Positions 34,404-44,310 of a stretch of DNA of 64,000 nt are shown piece after piece. Origin of the DNA: an uncultured Clostridium sp. (GTDB taxonomy: Bacteria > Bacillota > Clostridia > TANB77 > CAG-508). Within the stretch, counting starts at the first letter, position 1. Each line of letters starts with the position of its first letter. The stretch spans positions 32,021 to 96,020 of the forward strand of contig CAOJKP010000002.1 in NCBI GenBank assembly GCA_948438085.1, written 5' to 3'. A model generated the notes under the pieces. It was not told the DNA's origin. It ran no database searches and saw only the letters and a list, made by a program, of their open reading frames with translations. The translations under genes and the position numbers were made by a program.

Positions 34404-34830
34404 ATGAAATTAGAACATTTAGTACAAGCATATAAAGTTAATAACATAGAAGTAGAATTAAAAGATATGAGTGATGAAAATGAAAAAGCAGGAGTAATTA
34501 CTTTTTCAAAAGGAATATCTGCAAGTTATTTACTAGATGATGAAGATATAATAACAGTTATGAAGATGTTCTTTAATTGTTTAACAGTAGATTCATTAAG
34601 AGTACAAAATCAAATAAATCATATAATAAAAGTATTAAATGTAATGCAAAATACAATGATGTTATTATGCAACATACCACAAAGAGAATGCAATATGATA
34701 CTAGAAAAGCTAGGATTGTTTGATAATACATTTCGAGAACGGAAAGAAAATAAAACATTTAGAACATAGTTATCAAATAGAAGTAATAGATGGATTATTA
34801 TGTTTAAGTATAAATGAAATAGGAATATAG
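34404..34830 (+). CDS. hypothetical protein, C-terminus extended by a +1 step at in-frame CGG 34740
   Basis: The zero frame stops at 34769, 66 nt before the next gene. The +1 frame (GGA AAG AAA...) stays open 29 codons and stops at 34828-34830 inside the SD of the next gene. Confidence 0.45.
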
Positions 34831-34841
34831 GAGGAATGAAA

Positions 34842-35183
34842 ATGGCAACAGATATTAATGTGGTGATAAAACAAAGTAAATATGAAGAGACAAGGAAAAG
34901 AGTTTCACGTTTTAAAAATACATTTGAGATAAGCGATAAAGAAATAATAGAATATTTAGCAAAAGAAATAGAACAATATAGGGAAAGAATAAGAAAACAA
35001 GAAGAATATATTAATGAATTAAAAAACAAACAAACTATTTTAGAGATAAGAGAAGATAGAGTAGAACTAAAAGAAATAGAACAAGTAGAAGATGAAGATA
35101 TTGAAGAAATAGAAACAATAAATAAATTTGCAAATGAAAGATTAATAGAAACTATTACAAAATATAACTATAAAAAACATTAA
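34842..35183 (+). CDS. coiled-coil hypothetical protein
   Basis: AGGAGG lies 7 nt upstream of ATG 34842. Confidence 0.5.
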   Translation: MATDINVVIKQSKYEETRKRVSRFKNTFEISDKEIIEYLAKEIEQYRERIRKQEEYINELKNKQTILEIREDRVELKEIEQVEDEDIEEIETINKFANERLIETITKYNYKKH

Positions 35184-35298
35184 AGAGAAGCGGAACACCC
35201 CAGTCAAAATCTCAAGCAAAAAAATGCTTAAGGAGAGCGGGTGTGAGGTCTTAACTGTTTAACTTTTACAAAATTTCTCACGTGAAAGGGGGTATGTT

Positions 35299-35634
35299 AT
35301 GAAAAAAGCTCAAGAAAAAGAAGAAATAAATCAAATAAAGCAAGATTTATTGGAACAATTATTAGAACAGGGAAAAATTGGTAAGCATTTTGAAAGTTTA
35401 GTTGAGGATTATATAAATTTAGAAAAACTGAAAAGAGATATACAAAAAGATATAGATAAAAATGGATTAAGAATAAAAGTAATGACAGGAAATGGATTTA
35501 AATCAGAAAAACCAAACGAAAGCGTGCAAAATATTCTTAAAGTAAACGGACAACAACTTAAAATACTACAAGACTTAGATTTAAAGACACCATCAAAACC
35601 ACCAGAAGAAGGTGAGAGAGATGGTTTACTGTAA
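35299..35634 (+). CDS. terS: terminase small subunit (P27 family-like)
   Basis: Size, position and the pattern ..DYINLEKLKRDIQKDIDKNGLRIKV..GFKSEKPNESV. The upstream 35184-35298 region is GC-rich (possible cos region). Confidence 0.6.
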   Translation: MKKAQEKEEINQIKQDLLEQLLEQGKIGKHFESLVEDYINLEKLKRDIQKDIDKNGLRIKVMTGNGFKSEKPNESVQNILKVNGQQLKILQDLDLKTPSKPPEEGERDGLL

Positions 35635-37333
35635 AGAAATAAATGAATATATAAAATTTGTTGAAGAGAATCCAAACGAAACAGATGATGAAATAAAATT
35701 ATTAATTAAAAATATAGTAAAACCGACATTGTCAAGAGACGATGTCTTTTTTGATGAAGATACATACCATAAATGTATTAGATATTGTGAAAAATGGTAT
35801 TACAAACTGTTTCCATATCAAAAATTTATATATGCTTTTGTTTTTATGTATGAAGATAAGAATAGAGATGTTGTAATATTTCCAGATATATTCATCTTAA
35901 TGGGGAGAGGCAACGGAAAAGATGGAATGATAATGCCATTAGCTAATTTCCTTCAAACACATTATTATGGTGTTAAAAATTATCATATAGACATAGTTGC
36001 TACATCAGAGGAACAAGCGTTAAATTCATTTAATGTTGTTTATAACATGCTAGAAGACAATAAAGAAATAATGAGAAAATATTTCTATTGGAATAAAACA
36101 GAAGTTATAAATAAAATAACACATTCTATTTTGAGATATAATACAGCAAATGCAAAAACAAAAGATGGTAAGCAAACAGGAATGATAGTCTTCAATGAAC
36201 TACATGCTTATGAAGATTATAAACAATTAAATGTGTATTCTTCTGGACTTGGAAAGATTGTTCATTCAAGAACTGTTACCATCACAACAAATGGAATTGT
36301 TAGAGAAGGACCTCTTGATGAAAAAATATCTTTATCAAATCCAGTTTTAAATGGAGAAATAAATGCATTAGGGTTGTTGCCAATTATTTATAAAATAAAT
36401 AATAAAAAACTTGTGGATATACCTATGGAAAAATACATAAAAACAGGTAACAAGCAAGATATAGATGTGACATTTTGGGTTCAAGCAAATCCTAGCTTAA
36501 GATATAGACCTACATTGTTAAACGAATTAATTAGAGATTATACAAAAATGCAAAAACAAAAATCATATCGAGTAGAGTTTTATGCTAAAAGAATGAATGT
36601 ACCTCAACAAGATGAGGAACAATCTGTTACAGACTGGAACAATATTCTAAGAGCATCTTATAGCGATGTAGATAAACAAATTTCAAGAGAAACTGGAAAG
36701 ATAGAAGGTAGAAAAGCAATAATCGGAATCGACTATGCTTCATTAAATGATTTTGCGAGTGCTGGCTTTTTGTTTAAACAAGATGGTGAGTACATTTGGA
36801 GACAAAAGACATGGATATGTTCAAAAAGCAAATTTTTTGGAGACATTAAATTTCCATTTGATAATATGGGACAAGAGGGCTTTCAGGATTTTGTTGTAGT
36901 GAATACTGAAACAATAGATGCAGAAGAAATTATACTCTGGTTAATAGAAGAGATGGCAAAATATAACATTCAAAAGTGGATATTGGATATGTATAGATTT
37001 TTATTATTAAAAAGTATATTTGAAAAATATGGAATATCAATAGAAACAAAAGAAAACCCCTATGGGCAAGTTAGAATGATAAGAAGAATTGATAGTATTA
37101 TGGCGATAGTAGCACCAAGGATAGAGGTTGGATTTGCAGAAGGAAAAATAAACATAGGAAATAGTGCAATAATGAGATGGGCAATAAATAATACTGCTAT
37201 AAAAATCGGAAAAGATGGAAATAAAAAATACGAAAAAATAGAACCAAAATTAAGAAAAAATGACCCGTTTATGGCTTTTGTGGCTGCGATGAGTGGGCAA
37301 GAGCTATTAGATGAAGAGATTATTTATGTTTAG
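35621..37333 (+). CDS. terL: terminase large subunit
   Basis: 570-aa ORF with an ATPase motif (LMGRGNGKDGM) and C-terminal nuclease-type region. Canonical position. Confidence 0.85.
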   Translation: MVYCKEINEYIKFVEENPNETDDEIKLLIKNIVKPTLSRDDVFFDEDTYHKCIRYCEKWYYKLFPYQKFIYAFVFMYEDKNRDVVIFPDIFILMGRGNGKDGMIMPLANFLQTHYYGVKNYHIDIVATSEEQALNSFNVVYNMLEDNKEIMRKYFYWNKTEVINKITHSILRYNTANAKTKDGKQTGMIVFNELHAYEDYKQLNVYSSGLGKIVHSRTVTITTNGIVREGPLDEKISLSNPVLNGEINALGLLPIIYKINNKKLVDIPMEKYIKTGNKQDIDVTFWVQANPSLRYRPTLLNELIRDYTKMQKQKSYRVEFYAKRMNVPQQDEEQSVTDWNNILRASYSDVDKQISRETGKIEGRKAIIGIDYASLNDFASAGFLFKQDGEYIWRQKTWICSKSKFFGDIKFPFDNMGQEGFQDFVVVNTETIDAEEIILWLIEEMAKYNIQKWILDMYRFLLLKSIFEKYGISIETKENPYGQVRMIRRIDSIMAIVAPRIEVGFAEGKINIGNSAIMRWAINNTAIKIGKDGNKKYEKIEPKLRKNDPFMAFVAAMSGQELLDEEIIYV

Positions 37334-37344
37334 GAGGTGTAGAA

Positions 37345-38524
37345 GTGTTTTTTGACAAGAAAAATAAGAAGCGGAGAATATATATTTGATATATTTTTTG
37401 GTAACAAGAATAAGACAAATTATATATATACACTAGCTGAAGCACATGCAATAGATTTGATAGCAAAAACAATATCTAAATGTGAAATACAGGTATTTGC
37501 AAAGAATAACAAAACAAACAAGATAGAAGAAACTAAAAATGATACATATTGGAGATTAAATTTACAACCAAATTACAATGAAAATGGAACAATGTTTATG
37601 TATAAGCTAGTAACGAAACTTCTAACAGAACAAAAAGCATTAGTAGTGATAAATAAAGATATTACAAATTCAAAAATGTTATATGTAGCAGATGATTTTA
37701 ATTCAAGCAATTCGATTCTTTATGGAAAAATATTTAGCAATGTAGTTGTATCAGATAATGAAGGAAATTCAATTACATTGTTAAAAAAATATGATGCAGA
37801 AAACTCTATATATTACTCATTAAAGAATACAGAATTAAAAACAGCTAGCGAAAATTTTAATACTAATATAAACAAACTGTTGAAAGCAACTCAAAATAGC
37901 TTTATAAATGCGAATACAAGTAAATGGAGACTAAAATACCCAGGAGGACAACCAGCACTACAAGATGCTAAAACAAAACAGCCTATTTCTTACGAACAAT
38001 ATAAGGAAAAAATAACTGAAGGACTGTTAAGCGAAGAGGAGGCAATTGTTTTACTTTCAGAAATGTTTGATTTAATAAATTTAAACAAGGATTCTAAAAA
38101 GGAATTAACAGATTTTGAAATCTTATTTGTTAGGATAGGTAGTACAGTTGCACAAAATTGGAATATTCCTTTAAGCGTGTTTTTTGGAAATAAAACAGAA
38201 AAATCAACAGGAAATGAAGATTTTATAACTTTTGGAGTAGACCAATATTTTGAACTAATAGAAGATGGTTTAAATATTACTTTAGTTGGTAAGAAAGATT
38301 ATCTAAAAGGAGAATATGTTAAATTCAATAGAACAAATATAAGCCACAAGGATGTATTAGATTGTGGAACAGGAATAGATAAATTAACAGCAAACAGATT
38401 TAGCAGAAATGAAATAAATAAGTTATTAAAATTACCAAACATAGATGAAGCATGGGCAAATGAACATGCTTTAACAAAGAATTATGAAAATACGAAAGGA
38501 GGTGCAAAAGAAAATGGAGAATAA
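37345..38524 (+). CDS. portal protein (HK97 family-like); N-terminus probably needs a +1 step at CGG 37372
   Basis: GGAGG 37333-37337 lies 7 nt upstream of GTG 37345. That frame reaches an in-frame CGG at codon 10 and then stops. The +1 frame continues as GEYIFDIFFGNK... for 383 codons. The alternative TTG 37352 lies 14 nt from the SD. Confidence 0.7.
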
Positions 38525-39368
38525 TTTTTTAAACTTTAAAAAGAAAAGCGAAACAGAAACTGAACTCTACATATATGGAAATATAGAAGAGAAGACTTGG
38601 ATAGACGATTGGCTAGGCACAGGAAAGAAAAAAACAGATGCGTTCACATTAAAAGATGCATTAATGCAAGTTGATACACCAAATTTAACTGTTCGTATAA
38701 ATTCATATGGTGGAGATGTAGCTGAAGGCTTAGCAATTTACAGTCTGCTAACGGATTTTAAAGGACATTTAAAAACAATTGTAGATGGTTTTGCTTGTAG
38801 TGCTGCAAGTGTAATTTTTATGGCAGGGCAAGAAAGAGTTGTACCAGAGAATGGACTTTTAATGATACATAATGCGTGGACAGAAGCAAGAGGAGATTCT
38901 AACAAAATGAAAAAAGTAGCTGAAGACCTAGAAAAGATAACGCAACCCTCACTAAACATTTACACAAGTAAAACTAATTTAACAGAGAAAGAAATAAAAG
39001 CAAAAATGGATAAAGAAGAATGGATAACTTCCAAAGAAGCATATGAGTGGGGTTTTTCTACAACACAAGAAAGAAAAAATACAGTTATGCAGGCAGTGGA
39101 AGCAGATTTTGTTTATAATTTAGTTATGAAAAATAAAGAATTACAAAAAGAAAATGAAAGCCTAATTCAAAAAAACAATACAATAGAAATAAAATCAACA
39201 GATGTATCTCAAGAAATTAGAGAAAAAGTAGTAGAAGCAATAAAGAAATCACTTGAAAGATATGAAGAAGGATTTTCAACAGGTAATCAGGATGAAGCGA
39301 ATAACAGTGAAAATTTAAAACCGATTAAAGAGGACGCATGGACGTCTTTTTTTAATACAAGAAATTAA
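38514..39368 (+). CDS. ClpP-like (S14) head maturation protease
   Basis: INSYGGDVAEGLAIYSLL, VDGFACSAASVIFMAG, LLMIHNAW. Confidence 0.8.
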   Translation: MENNFLNFKKKSETETELYIYGNIEEKTWIDDWLGTGKKKTDAFTLKDALMQVDTPNLTVRINSYGGDVAEGLAIYSLLTDFKGHLKTIVDGFACSAASVIFMAGQERVVPENGLLMIHNAWTEARGDSNKMKKVAEDLEKITQPSLNIYTSKTNLTEKEIKAKMDKEEWITSKEAYEWGFSTTQERKNTVMQAVEADFVYNLVMKNKELQKENESLIQKNNTIEIKSTDVSQEIREKVVEAIKKSLERYEEGFSTGNQDEANNSENLKPIKEDAWTSFFNTRN

Positions 39369-39386
39369 TAGAAGGAAGGTAAAAAT

Positions 39387-40574
39387 ATGAAATTTGATAA
39401 AAGAACAATTGAAAATTTAGTAAAGGAGTTAAATGATGCTCCAGCTGAACAAAAGTCAGAAAAAATTATTGAAACTATACAAAGTATAGTAGATGAGAAT
39501 TATGCAGAAGTAATTAATCAATATCAAAAAGAATTTGAGGAATATTCTGCAACAAAAGAAAATGATGCAAAATTTGGATTGCGTTCATTAACTGAGAAAG
39601 AAAAACAATGGATTGATAGAGCAATCAAACAAGAAGACACCTCTAGTTTAACAGGAAAAGAAATTGACTATTTACCAGAAACAACAGTAAGTTATATATT
39701 TGAGGATTTAAAAACAACACATCCATTATTCCAATACATTGACTGGACACCTGCAGGAGTTCAAAAATGGTTTTTATCTGAAAGAAGTGGAAAAGCTACT
39801 TGGGGTAAATTAACAAGAGCAATTACAGACCAAATCGAGGCAGGAGTTGAAACTTTAGATTTAGAAGTAAATTCTTTATCTGCATTTATGTTTGTACCAA
39901 AAGCTATAATTAACATGGGGTACAAATGGATAGATAGATTTGTAAGAACAGTTTTATTAGAAGTAAACGAAGAAGGTATTGAAGAAGGAATAATTGCTGG
40001 AACAGGAAAAGATAGTCCAATTGGATTGCTAAAAGATTTAGCTGGTTCTGTTGTAAATGGAGTATACCCAGATAAAACAGCAAAACAAATTACTGATTTA
40101 GGTCCAGATGATTTTGGAGCAACAGTATTACCAATTTTAAATAGAGATGGTAAAAGAAATACAGATACAATAGTTATTATTGCAAATCAAAATGAGCTAG
40201 ATACAAAAATATACAAAGCGACACATGTACTAAGTTTTAATGGATATGTAAAAGCTGATAATTACAAAAAATTTATATATGTAGCAAGTCCATTCGTTCC
40301 AAAAAATAAAGCAATTGCATTGTTACCACAAAAATATACTTGTGGAATTTCAAAAATGGGAATTGATTATAGTGACCACTATAAATTTTTAGAGCAATTA
40401 AGAACATACTCAATTTTAACATATGGAAATGGCAGATTAAAGGCTAATGATGATGCAGTAGTTCTTGACATAACAAATTTAAAAGCATTAAAACCAATAG
40501 TACAGACCGAAGGCGAAGTAACAACTACTGTTAATGGTGAAGTAACTACAAAAACATCCACACAAGGAGCTTAG
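39387..40574 (+). CDS. major capsid protein (HK97 fold family)
   Basis: 395-aa ORF directly after the protease, with an N-terminal delta-domain-like coiled coil. Confidence 0.75.
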   Translation: MKFDKRTIENLVKELNDAPAEQKSEKIIETIQSIVDENYAEVINQYQKEFEEYSATKENDAKFGLRSLTEKEKQWIDRAIKQEDTSSLTGKEIDYLPETTVSYIFEDLKTTHPLFQYIDWTPAGVQKWFLSERSGKATWGKLTRAITDQIEAGVETLDLEVNSLSAFMFVPKAIINMGYKWIDRFVRTVLLEVNEEGIEEGIIAGTGKDSPIGLLKDLAGSVVNGVYPDKTAKQITDLGPDDFGATVLPILNRDGKRNTDTIVIIANQNELDTKIYKATHVLSFNGYVKADNYKKFIYVASPFVPKNKAIALLPQKYTCGISKMGIDYSDHYKFLEQLRTYSILTYGNGRLKANDDAVVLDITNLKALKPIVQTEGEVTTTVNGEVTTKTSTQGA

Positions 40575-40609
40575 AAATTAAGCTCCTTTAGTAAAATAGG
40601 AGGTGCAAT

Positions 40610-40786
40610 ATGTATAAAGTAATTTATGATGAGTTTTACGATATGAAAGATAAAACGAAACATGTTTATCAAAAAGGAGATATTTTTCCCTTTGATAATA
40701 GAAAAATTCCTCAAAAAAGAATAGAGGAATTAAGTACAGAAAATAACAAAATAGGTGTTCCTTTAATTGAGAAAATTAAAGAATAG
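40610..40786 (+). CDS. 58-aa hypothetical head-module protein
   Basis: AGGAGG upstream of ATG 40610. Confidence 0.4.
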   Translation: MYKVIYDEFYDMKDKTKHVYQKGDIFPFDNRKIPQKRIEELSTENNKIGVPLIEKIKE

Positions 40787-40797
40787 AGGTGTATTTA

Positions 40798-41088
40798 ATG
40801 AACGATGCACAAATAAAAGAACTTTTAAAAGAAATAAGAGGAGAGCAACACATATCTCCTCTTGAAAAAGATGAAATAATTATAGGTTATATAAAAGAAG
40901 CAGAGTTTGACATTAATGATAAATCTGGAGAAAAAATTAATTATGAGGTTGATTTAAAAGCAAGAGGTCTATTAAAAAATTATGTTTTATATTCAAGATA
41001 TAAAACATTAGCAGAGTTTAAACAATTGTATGTAGGAGATTATGCTGAATTACAAGCAAAATATTACAACTCTACCAGTGTACAATGA
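40798..41088 (+). CDS. head-tail connector (gp6-like)
   Basis: Size and position. MNDAQIKELLKEIRGEQH... Confidence 0.5.
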   Translation: MNDAQIKELLKEIRGEQHISPLEKDEIIIGYIKEAEFDINDKSGEKINYEVDLKARGLLKNYVLYSRYKTLAEFKQLYVGDYAELQAKYYNSTSVQ

Positions 41089-41413
41089 TGGAGAATTTAG
41101 ACTTTTTGTAATAAAGCAAACTGAAGATACTTATTCGATTGAATATTTACATGATACAAAAAAGGATTTTTGGTTTGAGGAATTATCAATTTCAGATAGA
41201 TTAAAATTTGAAGCTGAAGAAAGAAAAAAGAAAATAACCTACAAGCTGAGAATACCACAAACAAAAGAGATTAATTCGTTATGTGTTGTTAAAATTGACG
41301 AAGAATATCACAAGGTATTTAATGCTTATCATTTTACCAATAAAGACGGATTTAAACAAACTGACTTAACACTAGAGGAATATCCAAGAGTTAAATTGGA
41401 GGAAGAAATATGA
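41042..41413 (+). CDS. head closure / head-tail adaptor protein
   Basis: Position in the HK97-like order. Start uncertain. Confidence 0.45.
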   Translation: MLNYKQNITTLPVYNDGEFRLFVIKQTEDTYSIEYLHDTKKDFWFEELSISDRLKFEAEERKKKITYKLRIPQTKEINSLCVVKIDEEYHKVFNAYHFTNKDGFKQTDLTLEEYPRVKLEEEI

Positions 41414-41739
41414 GTAAAGAAGAATTATTGGATTTGTTAAAAGAATTAAATGTTCCATTGAGTGAATGTAGTCCTAAAGACGAAGATATGGAAGAGGAAA
41501 TTAGAATACATTATTGGGATTATATATGGGAAGATGTAACTGCAAGCGGTTCTAAATACAATACCAATGTTACGTATCAAATTTCTATAATAGCAGACAG
41601 ACCAAGACATCCTAAATTATTAGAGTTAAAAAGGAAGTTAAATGAACAAAATCTATTTCCTGTTATACAACATGAACATTCAGCAGAAAAAAGAAGAGTA
41701 CATTCCTTTTTTGCTTTAGAGGTATTAGAAAATGTCTAA
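41410..41739 (+). CDS. head-tail joining protein (hypothetical)
   Basis: Overlapping stop/start in the connector module. Confidence 0.4.
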   Translation: MSKEELLDLLKELNVPLSECSPKDEDMEEEIRIHYWDYIWEDVTASGSKYNTNVTYQISIIADRPRHPKLLELKRKLNEQNLFPVIQHEHSAEKRRVHSFFALEVLENV

Positions 41740-42103
41740 TAATATTTATGCATATAATGGTTTTAAAGATTTAACAGAAATTATTGAACATTATGTAAAA
41801 GGTGCTGAAAATGCTATGGAAGGAATTGAAGAAGGAGTAAAAGAATTTGTAAACGATGCACTTAAATTACCTAAGCCAATGTCAAAAATAAGAAAAGCAG
41901 GATATACGCACTTAGTGCGTTGTTTTGCATATAGAAAAAAGAAAACAGAAATTGAAGCAGGTTGGGGTAAGTACTATGGACCAATGGTAGAACGTGGAAC
42001 TGTAAATATGGATGCAAATCCACATGTTTATCCTCTGTGGGATAAAAAGAAAGAAAAATATTATAAAACAATGCTTATCAAGTTAGGAATAAAAACTTGG
42101 TAA
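41732..42103 (+). CDS. HK97 gp10-family tail-completion protein
   Basis: ..KAGYTHLVRCFAYRKKKTEIEAGWGKYYGPMVERGT.. Confidence 0.5.
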   Translation: MSNNIYAYNGFKDLTEIIEHYVKGAENAMEGIEEGVKEFVNDALKLPKPMSKIRKAGYTHLVRCFAYRKKKTEIEAGWGKYYGPMVERGTVNMDANPHVYPLWDKKKEKYYKTMLIKLGIKTW

Positions 42104-42140
42104 GCATTTTTAAATTTTAAAAAGAAAGAAGGAATTTAAT

Positions 42141-42821
42141 ATGTCAATAGAGACAAAAAGACCAATGATTAAAGAAACAGTAGGAGCTTTATATTATGCT
42201 TTTAATAAAATGTTAGAAAATGGAGAATTTGATATAGAAAATTATAATACTACTGTTAAAAGCGAAGTAGTAAAACAAATTGGAACTAATGAAAATTCAA
42301 ATAGTACAGTTGTAAAAGCAAGTGGAAAAGATTATGTAACAGCATCTCAAACTTCAAATGTAGAGCAAGCAGTTGAAGTAATTGCTTTTGACCCAGAAGA
42401 CATAGCAAAAGCAAGAGGAGATAAAATAGGAAAATATGGAGTAAAAAGTGGAGCACCAACACAAAGACCATATTTTGCTTTTGGAAAAGTAAAGAAAATG
42501 CTTGGAGGAGCAGTAGAATATGTTTGGTACCCAAAATGTCAATTGGCAGAGAATACAGATGACATAGGAACATCTGAGGATACTTTTTCAGAACAAAATG
42601 ATACTTTAACTATTAGAGCATATTCATATGACAAAGAAGGCAATAAATCTTATAGAATTAATAGCGAAATGAAAAATTTTCCAGTAGGAATAACAGAGGA
42701 ATTATTTTTTAATCAAGTAGTTACTTCAGATGAAGATATAGAAAAAATACTAGCAACATTAAATACAGATGAAGGAAATACAGATAATAATGAAAATCAA
42801 GAAAATGTACAAGGGGCGTAG
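42141..42821 (+). CDS. major tail protein
   Basis: 226-aa ORF at the canonical position, resembling the phi13-family pattern. Confidence 0.6.
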   Translation: MSIETKRPMIKETVGALYYAFNKMLENGEFDIENYNTTVKSEVVKQIGTNENSNSTVVKASGKDYVTASQTSNVEQAVEVIAFDPEDIAKARGDKIGKYGVKSGAPTQRPYFAFGKVKKMLGGAVEYVWYPKCQLAENTDDIGTSEDTFSEQNDTLTIRAYSYDKEGNKSYRINSEMKNFPVGITEELFFNQVVTSDEDIEKILATLNTDEGNTDNNENQENVQGA

Positions 42822-42853
42822 ATATACGCCTCTTTAAATAAAAGGAGAGAGTT

Positions 42854-43189
42854 ATGGAAGTAGAATTAAAAAATGGAGAAACTATAATTTTAGAAGTGAC
42901 ACCAATTACTTTAGAATATTTAGAAGATTATAGAGGTGGGATAGAACAATTAAAAAAAGATGCTCAGGGGCAAAAAGATATAAATGGATATACAAAAAGA
43001 ATGTATGCAACAAATCAATTGTTATATGCAATAATCGCATCAAATTATGAAAAGCCATTAACATATAGACAAGCGGTGCGACTTGTGAAATTAGAGGATA
43101 TTGAGCCAATACTTAATTTTATGATAAAAAATACTTCGAAAAACAACAATAAAATTGAAAAAAGCGATAATTCTTTACACAGAATGTAA
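42854..43189 (+). CDS. tail assembly chaperone
   Basis: Small acidic protein between the major tail protein and the tape measure. Confidence 0.5.
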   Translation: MEVELKNGETIILEVTPITLEYLEDYRGGIEQLKKDAQGQKDINGYTKRMYATNQLLYAIIASNYEKPLTYRQAVRLVKLEDIEPILNFMIKNTSKNNNKIEKSDNSLHRM

Positions 43190-43270
43190 AAAAATATAAT
43201 TATTAACATGTTTCGACAACATTCGACAATAATATAATGTTATCCTTCTTTATATAAAGGGGGAAGATAA

Positions 43271-43858
43271 ATGGAAGAAAATAAGGAACATGGAAACAAT
43301 GCAAATGAAAAGTATAAATTTTTTAAAGATAAGAAAAATGTGTTGATAATAATATTATCATTGTTGTTATTAATATGTATTGGTAGTAATGTAAATTCAA
43401 CTAAAGAAACAATTAGCTATGATGTGACTAACAATAATAATTTGATAGAAGAAAAAGATAAAATTATTCAGGAAAACCAGAGAACAATAGAAACGCTAAA
43501 AAATGATAAGAATTTATTGCAACGTGAAAAACAAGAGTTGGAAAATCAAAAGAGAACACTAGAAGAAGAGAAAACAACATTAAATACTAAAGTTGAAGAA
43601 TTAAATGAAAAGTTAGCTACTAAAACACAAAGTCAGAATAGTTCTAGTAAACAATCAACATCTACAACCAATAATAATACTAATACAACTAAATCAAACA
43701 ATAGTACTAAAGATACAAATTCATCTATAGTATATATTACTAACACAGGTAAGAAATATCATAGAAGTGGTTGTTCGTATTTGAAAAAGAGTAAGATAGA
43801 AACAACTTTATCGAAAGCACAAAGTCAAGGATATACTCCTTGTAGTAGATGTTATTAG
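43271..43858 (+). CDS. membrane-anchored coiled-coil protein with C-terminal H/C zinc-binding motif
   Basis: TM helix VLIIILSLLLLICI, coiled coil, S/T/N-rich linker, KYHRSGCSYL...GYTPCSRCY. Confidence 0.5.
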   Translation: MEENKEHGNNANEKYKFFKDKKNVLIIILSLLLLICIGSNVNSTKETISYDVTNNNNLIEEKDKIIQENQRTIETLKNDKNLLQREKQELENQKRTLEEEKTTLNTKVEELNEKLATKTQSQNSSSKQSTSTTNNNTNTTKSNNSTKDTNSSIVYITNTGKKYHRSGCSYLKKSKIETTLSKAQSQGYTPCSRCY

Positions 43859-43869
43859 GAGGGAGAAAG

Positions 43870-44229
43870 ATGCATGAAAGTGATTTTATGAAAAAGCATA
43901 GTAAAAATACATTTATTATTCCAATTATATTGCTATTTATTTTAATTGTTTTAATTTGTACATATTGTTTAAAAAGAAATGATTCTGTGTATATATATCA
44001 AAGTGAAGCTATAAGATTACTGAGAGATTACAAAGAATCAAAAATTTCTAAAGATAATACAAAGAAAGAACTAGAAAAATTAGCAGAAGATATACAAAAC
44101 AAAGAAAATAATAATGAATCTTTGAAAAAATTGCATGATAAAATAAAAATAACAGCAATTAAAATAGGTTTAGAAGGTACAAGTAAAGTAGATGTAGAAA
44201 TGTGTATTAAGGACATACAGAACTTGTAA
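43870..44229 (+). CDS. membrane-anchored helical protein
   Basis: GGAGGGAG upstream of ATG 43870. TM helix FIIPIILLFILIVLICTY. Confidence 0.45.
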   Translation: MHESDFMKKHSKNTFIIPIILLFILIVLICTYCLKRNDSVYIYQSEAIRLLRDYKESKISKDNTKKELEKLAEDIQNKENNNESLKKLHDKIKITAIKIGLEGTSKVDVEMCIKDIQNL

Positions 44230-44310
44230 AAATATTAAGATATTTAAGTATAAAACACTAGATTAATAATAGTCTAGTGTTTTTATTATGCCTAAAAGAG
44301 GTGAAAATAA

